Shown: piece after piece, positions 27,228 through 40,900 of the stretch
How positions within the stretch are numbered: the first letter of the stretch is position 1
Layout of the letters: every line of letters begins with the position of its first letter
Source: Octopus sinensis
Taxonomy: Eukaryota
DNA: 64,000 nt
Assembly (NCBI RefSeq): GCF_006345805.1
Contig: NC_043007.1
Coordinates: 28,272,001 to 28,336,000 of the forward strand
Reading direction: 5' to 3'
Notes under the pieces: model-generated
What the model was told of the DNA's origin: nothing
The model's database searches: none
Seen by the model: the letters and a program-made list of their open reading frames with translations, nothing else
Program-made: the position numbers and the translations under genes

Positions 27228-27486
27228 CTGTGAGATTGGAAAAATTACCATCAAAATCAACATTTGATAGAGTTAAATTTCAACTATTATTTATGACAAT
27301 GTAATATGCCGGAAACCTCAGTAGCTTCAGAGGAATGAGATGTATATGGCCTACTAGGCAAGCAATATTAATGTATAACTGTGTAAGTATTGAGAAAAAC
27401 CTATAATTTGAAAAAGCAACAGCATCTCAATGGGGTAGGGTAATACATGCAAAAGAAACACACACACACATATTATATATATATAC

Positions 27487-28612
27487 GTGGAAACTGGGGA
27501 TAGACAAGTGGCTGGTAAGAGCTGTACAAGCCCTGTAAAGGGATGCTGTCAGTAAAGTGAGGGTTGGCAACAAGTATAGTGAAGAATTTCGAGTAGAAGT
27601 AGGGGTTCACCAAGGATCAGTCCTCAACCCCCTCTTAATTCATTATCGTCCTCCAGGCAATAACAGAGGAATTCAAAACAAGCTGCTCCTGGGAGGTGAC
27701 CTTGCTCTAATAGCCAAGTCCCTGCCAGAACTGGAGATGAAGTTAAGGGTGTGGAAGCAATGTCTAGAATTGAAGGGTCTTAGGGTTAACCTAGCAAAAA
27801 CCAAACTCTTAGTAAGTAAAAAGGCTGTCAAATCACAACCCCCTTCAGATAGATGGCCCTGCTCAATCTGTAGAAAAGGCATGGGTAGAAATTCCATACG
27901 ATGTACCCAGTGTAAGCTATGGACACATAAAAGGTGCAGCAATATCAAAGGAAGGTTAACCAGGAAAATAGTTTTTGTGTGTGGTAGATGCACTGGGGTA
28001 ATAAACACTGAAGATGTACAGAAAATAGATTTCATCATATGCCAGGGGGAAAAACTAGAATTAGTTATTTGCTTCTGCTACCTAGGCAACCAAGTCTGTA
28101 GTGGAGGTGGTTACTCTGAGAGTGTAGCGACTAGAGTAAGAATAGCCTAGGCAAAGTTCAGGGAGCTCCTACCTCTGCTGGCAACTAAGGGCCTCTCGTT
28201 CAGGGTGAAAGGTAGACTGTACAATGCATGTGTGCGAATTGCCATGCTACATGGCAGTGAAACATGGGCCTTGGATGCTAGTATGATCCACTGGATGTGT
28301 AATGTCAGTGTGCATACAGAGTGTAAGCACCCTCAGAGAAAAGTTGGGCATACGAAGCATCAAATGTGGTGTGCAAGAGAGGTGACTGCACTGGTATGGT
28401 CATGTGTTATGTATGAATGAAGACAGCTGTGTGAAGAAGTGCGATTCTCTAACTGTAGAAGGAACCTGTAGAAGAGGTAGACCCAGGAAGACATGGGATG
28501 AGGTAGTGAAGCACAACCTTCGAACATTGGGTCTCACAGAGGCAATAACAGGAGACCGGGACCTTTGGAGATACGCTGTGATTAAGACCCAGCAACTAAA
28601 GTGAGATTGCAC
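27487..28612 (+). mobile_element. RTE-PHD LINE fragment starting at (TA)n
   Basis: ORF 27557-28150: GVHQGSVL, WPCSICRK..CTQC..HKRC..CGRC. Confidence 0.9.
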
Positions 28613-29391
28613 CAACATCCTCAACAATTAGCTGGAGAGGATTTTTAAAATGAAAATATCTGAAATAAATTTGACTGCTCTCACAAATGAGAATACTAAA
28701 AATGAACCTGACCACTCTCAAAAATTAAGTGAAAACACTGGAAAAATATTCCATAATCCTTGTGCAGTACCTGATCGATCCCAATGATAGTCATGCAATG
28801 TGAAGTGGGGTATGTGGAGTGTGTTTGTAATGCTGTGTGTGTGTCGTCTGCAGTGGGAACAGGAACCTTTTTTAATTTATCCACTGATATAATGTCTTTA
28901 CAACCTTTAAGATCTATGGTGAAAAATTTATCCATGCATGAAAGAAAATGGAAAGGATCTGCATACGGTACTGTTAACAGAGGTTTAACAACATTGTTGT
29001 GTACTAAAATGCGAGTCCAAGAAATAAGCTTCCTTCAAGGGAGAGCTAGAAATGCAATTGTCAAGTAGGTAAGAAGTTTTAAACAGGAGCGATATATTCA
29101 AAATTGGTAAAAAATTGTTGAGGATAAATTTAATTTACTATTGTTACTGAATATGTTTGTGTTATTTAATTTCTGAGCGGTTTTGCAGCCATTTGTTTAT
29201 GTAGTTTGATTTCTTTATCCATCAGGTTCTACTAAGATAGAGATGCGAGAAAAATTAATAATAGAGGAACGAAAATAGAGAAATGCTACCATAACTTACA
29301 TGGAAACTATGAGCATGCTTTCAAGGGAGATAATCAGAGAAAGACTTGAAAGTCAATGTAAGATCGTAATACTTCATGTAAAGTAAAGTAA

Positions 29392-29570
29392 AACAAGAGC
29401 ACTCAGTGAGTGCAAACCTCTGCCAAGGCAACACCAATGTCCTCTCAACGGTTAACCGAAGATTATTTTTTAAACGAGGATATCTGAAATAAAATCGACC
29501 GCTCTCGCAAACGAGAATACTAAAAATGAACCCAACCGCTCTCAAATGGAAAAATAATCCAAATATATAT
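29392..29570 (+). repeat. Helentron/HINE-like repeat end; related segment at 28635-28760
   Basis: Starts ACAAGAGCACTCAG; gagaatactaaaaatgaacc unit shared with 28689. Confidence 0.4.
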
Positions 29571-29918
29571 ACTGAGTGAGCGAGAGGTAAAGGGAGAGGA
29601 GATTAAATACAAATACAGTGAAGAAGTAATGAGAGTAAGAGCCATGACAGAGGGAGTGAGAGAAAGAAATGACAATGTGAAAAATGAAACAAAGGAAAGA
29701 GTAAATAGGAGCAACAAGCTAACTGAAAGTCTTGTTTGATCCAATAAGTTGGCAACTGATCAAGTATAACTGAAGTGGAAATCCTGAAATGAAAAGATCG
29801 TATTCATAGCATTTAATGATTAGTTTTTATCTGTATTGCATGAAAGACCAGAGCTAAACAAAAGTAAGAAATCACAAATGAGAAGCAGAAAAAAAAATTA
29901 ATAAAATAATTCACTTAC

Positions 29919-30048
29919 CAACAATTTGTTGGTCAAAATCAAATCCTCTCACATTTTTGTTCAGAAGCTTTAATAATTTCTCAGAAGTTTCACAAATGTT
30001 TTCAAAGTTTAAGAAAAGTCGGTCAATCGTAACTCCTTCAGAATTGAA
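29919..30048 (-). CDS. RhoGEF coding exon 2
   Basis: AG/GT-bounded, 130 nt; FNSEGVTIDRLFLNFENICETSEKLLKLLNKNVRGFDFDQQIV(G), with the DH LFxN motif; phases match adjacent exons. Confidence 0.9.
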
Positions 30049-30151
30049 CTAAGCAGTTGATTAACAAAACAGAAAACAGAATTGTCATAAACAACATTCA
30101 TATATTTAGCTGACTGGGTTTATAGACAGATAAATGGTTAAATAAAAAAGA

Positions 30152-31530
30152 TCATCACTATCATCATCATTTAACAACCGTTTTCTATGCTGGCATGGGT
30201 TGGACGGTTTGACAGGAGCTGGCCAGACTCCAGTTATCTGTTGTAGCATGGTCTGGATACTCTCCTAATGACACCCACTTCACAGAGTGTGCTGGGTGCT
30301 TTTCACGTGCCACTGGCATAGATCACCAGCACAAGTGCATTTCATGTAACCCTGGCACCTATGAAGGTCAAGCCTGTTCGTATGGATGACAGTGACTTAA
30401 CTTAGCTTGATGTATCTCTCAAGTACAGCAAATTGCCACAACACTTGGTCCCTTATCATTTCCTCAGTGAGGCCCAGCATCTGAAGATCCTTTCTCACCA
30501 ATTTGTTCCACATATTCCTGGGTCTACCCCTTCCACAATTAGAGATTGACACTTCTTTATACAGCTGTTCTCATCTATACACATCCTATGACCAAACCAG
30601 TGCAGTCTTCTTTCTTGCACACACCATCTCATACTCCATACACCCAGTCAATGCATGCACACTGACATTACCCATCCAATGGAGCATGCTAGCTTCATTT
30701 CTTTCAAACCTTCACAAGTTCTCTGTAGTCAAAGTCCATGTTTCACTGCCCTGTGATACCACTACAACTTTTATGTGTCCAAAGCTTGCAATGGGTACAA
30801 CACCCATCTTACATATTGAGCAGGGCCATCTCCTCGAAGGGACTTGTGATTTACCTGTTTTCTTACTTACTAAGACTTTAGTTTTTGCTAAATTAACTCT
30901 AAGGCCTTTAGATTCCAGGCCTTGTTTCCACACCTGAAATTTCTTCTCCAGGTCAGGTAGTGATTCAGCTGTAAGAACAAGGTCATCAGTGAAACAGAGC
31001 TCCCAGGGGCAGCCAGTCTTGAATTCTTTTGTTAAGGTCCAGAGGATCCCTCTCAGTTGATTACAGCAGCCAAGTGGTACTGCAGATAGGGAAGTGATAA
31101 GTGTTGCAGGACGAGAATTGGGGGGAATGCTTGATGGATCAGGGCCCCATACATACAAGCATACTAATTGATTTTAGAATATCATTATTCATTGTGATAG
31201 ACAAGTCCTCTCGACTTCAGCAGATTGTCAGTCATCTCAGTTCTTTGTCATCTCCTCCATAATGCTCAGCATCTCGAGATTTTCCTTCAATACTGCAGCC
31301 CTTGTCTTCTTAGGTCTCCCTCTTCCACAAGTTCTATCCACTTTAAGTGATCATCATTACTTTATGCAACTGTCCTCACCTGGATTCCTCTAATACCTAA
31401 CTTTTTTCTCAATACATTAGTACTTTGTCACACATGCACACTAACTTTGCACATCCAGTGGAGAATACTAGCTTCGTACCTCTCTAGTCTTCATATGTCC
31501 CCTGCACTCAGGGCCCATGACTCACATTTA
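30152..31530 (-). mobile_element. Old RTE fragments with internal deletions
   Basis: GCPWELCFTDDL, WPCSICK fused to GSETW; tail. Confidence 0.75.
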
Positions 31531-31706
31531 TATATTCATGTGAATTATGTTGTAATTAATTTAACAATGGAAACTTTTTTTAATTTCTGAATATTGTGCC
31601 TTTGTCAGATCGGTTTTGACTCTCAGTTATTCTATTTTTTATACGTACCATGAAGTATAGAAAAAAAAAGAAATAGAAAATATACAGAGTATTAAATAAT
31701 AATTAC

Positions 31707-31862
31707 TTTGTCTGCATCAGAAGGCTTTAAAAATATATCAACACAACACTTTAGGTCACTGACATAGTTAGTTTCAGTATCAAGTATTTCTTGTATCAAA
31801 CTTTCCCGTTTTTTTTTACGGTTCTCTGTTTCACACTCTTTCTTTGTATCATCAACTGACAT
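31707..31862 (-). CDS. RhoGEF (DH domain; DNMBP/ARHGEF37/38-like), coding exon 1
   Basis: Encodes MSVDDTKKECETENRKKKRESLIQEILDTETNYVSDLKCCVDIFLKPSDADK (DH CR1 motif ExxxTExxY). Acceptor ttcag at 31893; in-frame stop upstream of the ATG; donor gtaatt, phase 0. Confidence 0.9.
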
Positions 31863-31997
31863 TGTGACACACAAGCAGTCATTTCAAGACATCTGAAATA
31901 TAAATTCACTTTATTAATTTTGGGCACAAAACTAGCTATAGGAGACAAAGAAGTTAATTGGAACCTTTTTTTTTAGTGGAGAACTTAAACAGTAACA

Positions 31998-32770
31998 ATC
32001 ATCATCATCATTTAACGTCTGCTTTCCATGTTGGCATGGGTTGGACAATTTGACTGAGGACTGGCAAACCAGATGGCTGCACCAGGCTCCAATCTGATCT
32101 GGCAGAGTTTCTACAGCTGGATGCCCTTCCTAACGCCAACCACTGAGAGTGTAGTGGGTGCTTTTACGCGCCACCAACACGAGGGCCAGTCAGGCAGTAC
32201 TCTCTTTCTCCCATTCATTCACTTTATTGAGCAACCTTTCATAGTGGCGTCTCCAAACCTCTCTCTTTGCAGCCTCATTTAGTGAGTGAACCATCATCCA
32301 TGTGGACACATTTCTCTCCTACAACATCACAATTCTCTCTCACGCATTGTCTTGCAACATGAAATACCTCAAATCTTTGGTCCTCACGGCACAGAACATT
32401 GGCAAATTTTTTCTTATCTACTTCTCCTCTGGCTAAATAAACCTGTCTCCTAGCTTCCCTTCTGGCAGTCTGATACGATTCCCTACTACCACCATTCTTC
32501 CAGTCCTTACAAGCCTGTTTCTTTTCTCTAATAGCCCTGTCAACAACATTGTTCCACCACCACGTTATTTTGGGTTGAGAGGGGACTTTGCACCATCCAC
32601 AGATCTGGTCGGTGGCCCTTAGCAGGTTGTCCCATAGGAACCTCCAGATGTGAAGCTATATCCCCTTCTATTTCGTCAAAGGCTTTGAGTAATACGTCTC
32701 TAAATCTCTGTCCATTCGCAGGATCTTTAAGCTTCCAGACCCTTCTCCTCCATGCTGGTCGTCTTCTCAC
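31998..32770 (-). mobile_element. RTE: 3' tail joined to linker-region fragment
   Basis: Tail at 31998-32198 joined directly to sequence homologous to 39900-40440. Confidence 0.75.
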
Positions 32771-33723
32771 CATCATTGGTATCATCACTTAACAACTGGT
32801 TTCCATGCTGGTATGGACTGAGGACATCATTAAGTTTCAATGTCTATTTTGGTACCGTTTCTATAACTAGATGCCCTTCCTAGCATGCCAACCACTTTAT
32901 AATGTGTACTCAGTGCTATTTTCATGGCACTGGCACTAGAGAGGCTTCCAAGTAATTCACAAAAACAGAAATGTCCCCTTCACTGAGGGGATGCTGGAGG
33001 GAGGAGCAGTAAAGGTGGGGTGGGGGTAGAGCTTTTTTCCAGGTGTTAAGAGACTGAAGCATAACAGAAATAGAAAGGCACAGGTGTTACATTTTCAAAT
33101 TTTCTAAATTAAATGAAGTTTTGACCTTTTAGGCCCTGTTAGTTATTCAACTGGTACTTATTTTATTTAAGGGTTGATAATATAAGAACCAGTTGAATCT
33201 GTAACCAGTTCAGTTGATCATACAACTGGAATGATGATCCATTTCCTTTAGTTTTTGTTTACTTATACACATCAGCAAATGAGCCAATGAGGTAACCTCA
33301 GTGTGGTTGTTCAATTTGCTAGAAATGAAAGTCAAATCACCCTCACACTATGCTCTATGTCCTACATCTTCAATAAAAATACAGACTGGCTCATTCTGGC
33401 CTGACCTGAGTTTAAACTGAAGGACATTTGTTGTAACGAATGTAAACACAGAAAAACTTCATGAAATATATGTAAAATATCATGAAGGTTATAAAGATCG
33501 CCATGAAAAATATGTAAAATGTACTGTCACAAGATAAGGTAATTGGTTGATCGTAATCAAAATTCAGAGTTGCATCGATACACCAAAACTGAAAGCAATC
33601 TGAGCAAAATTAAATGGAAGCTCATTTTATGAATCAGTTTAACAAGACCCCATATGGATATAGCATATGGCATGCTGGTTAAAACGAAAGAAGGCCCATA
33701 TATATACATATGTATGTATATGC

Positions 33724-33767
<44 letters not shown>

Positions 33768-33769
<2 letters not shown>

Positions 33770-33967
33770 TGGCCACTGCCAGCCTTCCCTGACACATGTG
33801 CCGGTGGCACATAAAAAGCACCTATTACACTCACGGAGTGGTTGGCGTTAGGAAGGGCATCCAGTTGTAGAAACACTGCCAGTTCAGACTGGAGCCTGGT
33901 GCAGCCTCCTGGCTTCCCAGACTCCAGTCGAACTGTTAAACGGACGTTAAACGATGACGATGATGAT
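33768..33967 (+). mobile_element. RTE 3' tail within (TA)n
   Basis: Conserved tail plus (GAT)n; TA repeats on both sides. Confidence 0.8.
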
Positions 33968-34362
33968 ATATATATACATACATATACAGATATGTATGTA
34001 AATGCATGTATGTGTGTGGTAAATGAAAGATGGAAGATGTAATATATGAGAATTTATATTATTAATAACAATGTGTTTTGACACAGCTAGCATCGATCCC
34101 TTAAGAGTGGGACACTTAATATATACGATGGACTTCTCTCAGGTTCTGTCTCCAAATTCACTCACAAGGCTTTGATCGGCCCAAGACTATAGTAGAAGAC
34201 ACTTGCCCAAGGTGCCTTGCAGTATTTGTCAAGTAATTTCCGTAAAATGTTTTTATTTCTTTAAATTTCTTTCCTTTTTTTTTTTTCAGCTGATTTTTTT
34301 AAAGACATTAGCCTACAATCTTAAATGTTACACAAGTTTAATGGTATAAACTTTATCAGGAG

Positions 34363-34675
34363 TGTGGTATTATGAGCCAGGCTGTATTGTAGGGAAGGAT
34401 CAGAAGTGAGGAAGTAGACATGTCCTTTCAGAAGTGGGGCCTGTGGGTCCCACCGGTGGGCATGCTGGGTCAGCAAGGCATGAAGAGTCAGTCAGCGGCA
34501 AACAGCGCATCAGAGCAGACATGTTAGACTGTAAAACAATGGATAGCACACGTTGAGTGAATCTTACAGATCGAGACAGAGCACATGGATGTTGAAAGCG
34601 ACCCTTTCCTGGACCGACAGGTAAGACTACCAGATTTCTCTCATTGCTTCCATCTTTTTCCTCCTTCACATCACA
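34363..34675 (+). repeat. 5' LTR
   Basis: Direct repeat of 43123-43451. Confidence 0.95.
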
Positions 34676-34708
34676 AGCTATTTCAGCTCAAAAAGAAAAC
34701 AAAAAAAA

Positions 34709-37700
34709 TGATGGGTATGGTCCATGTTTCGAATGAGATGGTTAGGCCATTTTGTGGTGAGGGAGGTGTCACCGCTTGGCTGCAAAAACTTAAGTTGGTG
34801 GCAAGACTCCAAAGTATAGATGACCTAGCGAGTTTCATACTGTTGTATCTTGATGGAACGGCGTTGGCACTATACCTGGAAATGGAGGAGAAGGACCAGT
34901 TAAGTGCAGAGAAAATAGAAGGCCAGCTGATGGAGACTTTCACAGAAGGGCTCATTTATGGCATATGGTCGACTGGGGAAAGCGAAGTGGATGGGTGAAC
35001 AGGTCGATGTGTTTGCCAATGAAATCAGATTGGCGAGACTCGTGCGATATAGAGATGATGCATTGGAACAAACTGTTAAATTAGCATTTGTGACAGGATT
35101 TCCTGACCATGTCTCAGTTGAACTGCAAAAGCTGACACAATATTCACTCCATGGCAATGGGAGAGGTAATATCTTGGGCCAGAGCCATCGTCTCGTGTTG
35201 CAGGATGACACCTTTAGCAGCAACTGCAACAATGAGAAGGGGTCAAACAAAGAGTGGTGGAGAGGGGTCGAACAAGGAACGTGCACAACCCTTGAAAGGG
35301 CAGTGTTTTCGGTGTCAGGATTTGCACATGGTGAGAAACTGGAACCCAGGCAAGGAACCCAGGCCTGGAGTAATTTGCTATCGATGCAGACAAATAGGCC
35401 ACATCGCTAGTGAATGTGTGCAGGGAAACGGTCTAAGAGAGACTACTGCACTGGTAGTCATCCCATCAAAAGAATAGAGGTGAGTATACAGTCACTGCCA
35501 GTAGTAGAAGTCGTGGTGAACAGAAAGGTATCACGAGCCCTCATGGACACAGGCTGCTCAACAACCCTAATGACTCTGAAGGTGGTAGAAGAATGGAGTG
35601 GAGTGAGTAGTGTAAGGGCTGTTGATTGTATGGAAGTTGAATGCAGATGAAGTAGCGATGTGGAGATGGTGGTACAAGAAACAAGATTGAGGTTGCATGT
35701 GATCATGATCAACCACGTGGTGGATGGAATTGATATGGTGATGGGGATGGATGCCATTGCCTGTTTAGTGGGTGCCATGGTCAATGAAGTTGGTGTAGCA
35801 TTTGGTGATGCACTGTGAGTCTGCAACAGGAGAGTGGTGAGAGCTGTGAAGAAAAATATGCTGCACATATCACAGACAAAGATTTTCAAGCTGCATTCGA
35901 TGGCTGGACAGGGAGATCCTCTCACACTGAAAAATGCAGTAGACTGCTATCAGCATACCCTGAAAGGGGATGCCAGAAGCGAGTTCAAAGGAGAGGTGGA
36001 CTGGTGGATCAAAGAAGGTATTCTGATTCCTTGGAATGAGGAAGTGGAGAGTGGAGTGCTACCACTGATGATAGTGGTGCAGCCAACAAAGCATAATGTC
36101 AGGCCAGTACTGTATTTCTGAGAGCTGAACGACCACATATTGTGCCATACGGGCAGCAAAGCTATGGACATTGGCAGCAAAACCTTGAGAGAGTGGAGGC
36201 AGATGACAGGAGCCTCCACAATTGTCAATTTGAAGTCAGCATACTTGCAGCTGCATGTGGCTGACAGACTGTGGAGATACCAGTTAGTAAGGTATAAGGG
36301 ACAGACATACTGCCTGACCAGGTTGGGATTCAGGCTAAATTCAGCAAAGAAGATTATGACGACGATTCTCAAAACCATCCTGGGAAAGGCAGACAAAGTG
36401 AAAAAAGGCTCCCAATTCCTATATTCTTTTCTACTCTGGGCACAAGGCCCGAAATTCTGGGGGAGGGGATCAGTCGATTAGATCGACCCCAGTACGTAAC
36501 TGGGACTTAATTTATCAACCCTGAAAGGATGAAAGGCAAAGTCGACCTGGACGGAATTTGAACTCAGAATGTAAAGACAGATGAAATACCGCTAAGCATT
36601 TTGCCCAGCGTGCTAACATTTCTTCCAGCTCCCCGCCATCCACCAATTCCTATATTGATGACATCCTGGTGGATGAGAGCACAGTGTTGGCAAAGGAGGT
36701 CATAAGCCACCTGAAGAGTTTGGGGCAAACTGCCAAACCACCGGAGGCGATGGAAGGAGGAGCTACAGAGAGACAAGGCTGGCATGTTGGTGTTTTGGAG
36801 AGGGAATGAGATCCCAGAACTGGACTCCAAGATGAGTAGACAGGAACTGTTTTCTATGTGTGGGAAGCTTCTGGGACACTACCTGATTGCAGGATGGCTC
36901 CAGACAGCATGCAGCTTTATCAAGAGGTGAGCTAAAGGAGTGATAACGTGGGCGAGAAGACAACTGCCATGATGCAAGAAGTCTTGGAGAGAATGACTGT
37001 GGAGGACCTAGTAAGAGGAAACTGGTATGTGCCCAAGTTGAAGAATGGGATCATGTGGTGTGATACCAGCAGCATGGCAACGGGAGTTGTCCTGGCAATT
37101 GGAGGTGTTGTGGTGGAGGATGCGGCCTGGCTTAGGAAGAAGAACGACTGCAACCACATCAATGTGGTGGAGCTGGATGCTATGTTGAAGGGGCTGAGCC
37201 TGGCCCAGAGGTGGGGGCTGAGCCTGGCCCTGAAGTGGGGGCTGCGTACCATTGAGATCTAGACCAATTCAGCCACTGTACTAAGATGGATAGGATCAGT
37301 GGTCACCAGCAAGTGGAGGGTATGAACCAAAGGTAGCACAGAGATGCTGATAAAACACCATTTGGTAATTCTGGGCAAGCTAGCCACCGAGTTTAACCTG
37401 AGGCTGAGTGTGGTTTTTGTGCTCTCTGAGAGGAATAGAGCGGACGTCCTGACCAGAATAAAGAAAGCCTGGTTGCAGGTGCCAGAGGATCTGGAGCATG
37501 GAGTGGCTACAGTATGTCAACTGAGTGACTTGGAGCTAAGGAGATTGCATACCATGCATCACATGGGGGTGGACAGGACCTTGTTCCTAGCCAGAAAAGT
37601 TGACTCGGATGTGACCAGACAGCGTGTGCAAAGAGTAGTTGAGAGCTGTGACAGGTGCCAGTCCTCTGTCCCTGCTCTAGTGTGCATGAGGCAGGAAGCA

Positions 37701-37917
37701 TTCCAGTGGAACACAACTGGAAACAACTGGCAGTGGATGTGATGCAGGGGACATACTTCTCGATAGTCAACTGCAGACCAGGATGGTTGGCCATATGGAG
37801 GGAGATGAAGATGGGGACCATGGAGGAAATCACAAGAATACAAAATGAGATATTCCTAGAATGAGGCTCCATGGATTAGCTGCTTATAGACAATGGCACT
37901 GTTTTTCGTTCAGAGGT
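34709..37917 (+). pseudogene. Gypsy gag-pol (frameshifted, with stops); integrase resumes at 42626
   Basis: ORF fragments at 34585, 34958, 35151, 35414, 35834, 36140, 36948, 37344, 37655 and 42612. Confidence 0.85.
36426..36642 (-). mobile_element. SINE inserted into the Gypsy YIDD motif
   Basis: 14-bp TSD CCAATTCCTATATT at 36412-36425 and 36643-36656. Confidence 0.9.
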
Positions 37918-40900
37918 CCAAAGCGAGCTAAGAATTACTCATTTCATTTCTTTCGACTCCTTGTACTACATTCGCCACTAACACTTAAAATGTATTATCT
38001 ATTTACTAACTGTTTGTTTTTTCATGAGCTAACTGTTGATATTGTCCCCCCAAATATAATTTTTTCATTTTAGTCCTATCTCGTAAAGCTTATTATGATA
38101 ATTATTCGTCTCTGTATGATGATAATTTGTTCGTTTCTCTATTATTCGTTCCTCCTCGTTCAGTTCACATTCTTATTTCCCATAATTTGTACTGTCCCCT
38201 ATCAAACCCCGATTGCTTAATTCTTCTCATTCCTAGTTCCATGTATCTCCCGCTCTGTCCCGAATCAAAACTTCGCCATTCACGGTGTGCCCGCCCTTTC
38301 CCACCCCCACCACCAATACTGGATATCTCTATATTTACACCATCTACACCGGATATCCCTTCTCCCACCACCATTACATGTGTCTATTCTTCCAACCCCT
38401 CCTCCTCAATATGCTATTTCACTATGTACTCACTATGTATTACCCTTGATTCTCTTCCCTATGACGGATGCAGCTAGCGCAGCTGCTCATCAACCGTCCC
38501 ACTTAACCAGTTATCTTACGTTTCTTTCCGTTTTGAAATCTGTCACCACCTCAACCGGTTATCTCCTTTTACAGTCTCCTCCCTCACTCATGATATCCTA
38601 CGTTTCATTGTCTAGAAGCTGCCACCACCCCTACCTGTTATCGCTTCTCCTAACTCCCCCTCTTCACTGATGCTGTTCCCTATATTACCTGCACTCTCTC
38701 TCCTCCATTCTTCCCCCACTTTCTCTCCCTCTCTCTATCTCTCTTCTCTCTGCCGGAACCCTTCCCCGCCGCAATGCAACCAGTTTTCAGCTGAACCCCC
38801 CTCCCACCCCCCACCCAACACTGGAATATCCATGTCTCTGCTACGCTGCTTAAAACTAAGTCACTCAATGACTATAATGCTTGCTTAGAATGTTACTAAC
38901 ACCTGGAATATCAGTATTTCTGCCACACAACTTACATCTACATCATCAATGACCTTAATGCTTATGCTTACAACGCTGCTAACACCAGCTCCTGCCTACA
39001 GCAGGGGCCACAACTTTAACATGCCTAAATGCTTGAATGTTGTCAGGTCGGAAGAGAGAACAGATGAAAAATGCCTAAAAAACGATCACCACAACAACCT
39101 CTTCTTTTCAGGCGCTGAATTGCATCCTTCCTCCTCCTCAAACCTCACCCCACATTACCTTCCCAGTTTTCAGAGTTGGCACTGTCAATGTTGGTACACT
39201 GAAAGATAGATCTAGTGAGATTGTAGAAATGCTTGAAAGAAGACAGGTTGATGTATACTGCATACAAGAGGTAAGATGGAGAGGTGCTTCAGCTAGGGTC
39301 CTCACGGGCAAGGCACATAGATATAAAGTCTTCTGGCAAGGTAACATGGATGGTGTAGGGGGTGTAGGCATTCTCCTTGCGGAGAAATGGGTGGATAAGG
39401 TCATAGAGGTTGTCAGGGTTTGCGATAGAGTGCTCAAGCTCAGGTTAGTCCTACAGAACAGCACAGCTACGATTATCTCTGCCTATGCTCCACATGTTGG
39501 GCTACCAAATGATCAGAAGGACCACTTTTATGATACCCTTCTACAGGCTACCTCAAAGACGGGTGGCAAGACCTCATCTTTGTGGCTGGAGACTTTAATG
39601 GGCATGTTGGGCAGGAATCGGGTATCTTCACTGGGGTACATAGTGGCTATAGTATTGGCACCAGAAATGATAAGGGAACTAGACCACTGGATTTCTATGA
39701 TGCATGTAACCTTTTAATCTGCAACACTAACTTCAGGAAGCCAGACTGCCACCTCATAACCTATCAGTCAGAGGACTCCGCTAGCCAAATAGACAGCAGG
39801 ATGCAGGATTGCTCTTAAATACAAAGACCCACCCGGGTGAAGAATGTACACCTCAGCATAGGATAATCATTAGTGACTTTAGGCTTGAGGCCAGGATACC
39901 AAGAAACAGACCAATCTAGAAAAGAAGGATTTGGAAGCTAAAGAACCCTTCACATGGTCAGAGATTTAGGGACATCCTCATCAAGAAATTTGATGAGAGG
40001 GAGGAGGAGCTACAGACGTCGAACATAGAAGGTAGCTGGAAATTCCTACAGGACAGTTTGCTGAGTGCCACAGACCAAGTCTGCGGATGGTGCAAAGTCG
40101 CTTCCAGACCTAGAGTTACGTGGTGGTGGAATAGTACAGTAGACAAAGCCATTAGAGCAAAGAAACAGGCCTGGAAAGCCTGGAGGGATGGGGGTAGCAT
40201 GGAACTGTACCAGGTAGCCAAAAGGGAGGCTGGGCGGCTGGTATACATAGCCAAGGGTGAAGCAAAAAGAAGTTTGCCAATACCCAGCGACGTGAGGACC
40301 AAAGAACTGAGGTATTTCGGATTGCTAGATAGTGTGTGAGAGAAAATAGTGATGTCACAGGAGAGAAATGCGTCCGCATGGATGATGGTGCACTTGCTTT
40401 CAATGTTTCTAAAAAGAAAAAGGCTTGGAGAAGCCATTATGAGAGACTGCTGAATGTGGAGAATGAATGGGAGGAAGAGGGCCTGCCAAATGTTGACCCA
40501 GTAGAGGGACCAGCTATCCGAATAGACAGCTCCCTAGTAGTTAAGGCAATTAAGGGTATGAAACCAGGTAAAGCCCCCGGCCTATCAGGAATCACTGCTG
40601 AGATGCTTAAAACATCTGGTGGTGTGGGCTATGGCCTAGTCACCCGCATTGTAAACCAGGTAGTTCATAATGGAGTCATACCCAATGACTGGCGTAGCAG
40701 CACCATAGTCAACTGCTGCAAGGGTAAAGGTGATGCTCTAGATAGAAATAACTACAGGGGTATTAAACTGTTGGATCAGGTGATGAAGGTCACAGAGAGG
40801 GTCATAACCCATCTCATTAGGGAGAGAATTTGCTTAGATGAGATGCAGTTCGGTTTTGTGCTGGGTAGAAGCACTACTGATGCCATATTCCTGGTTCGAC

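Noticed and set aside
34676-34700. tRNA primer-binding site of the Gypsy element
   Set aside because: No TGG-starting PBS or self-priming complement is recognisable; decay prevents interpretation.
37918-38100. HDV-like ribozyme at the RTE 5' end
   Set aside because: Known in some RTE elements, but I could not fold a nested double pseudoknot here.
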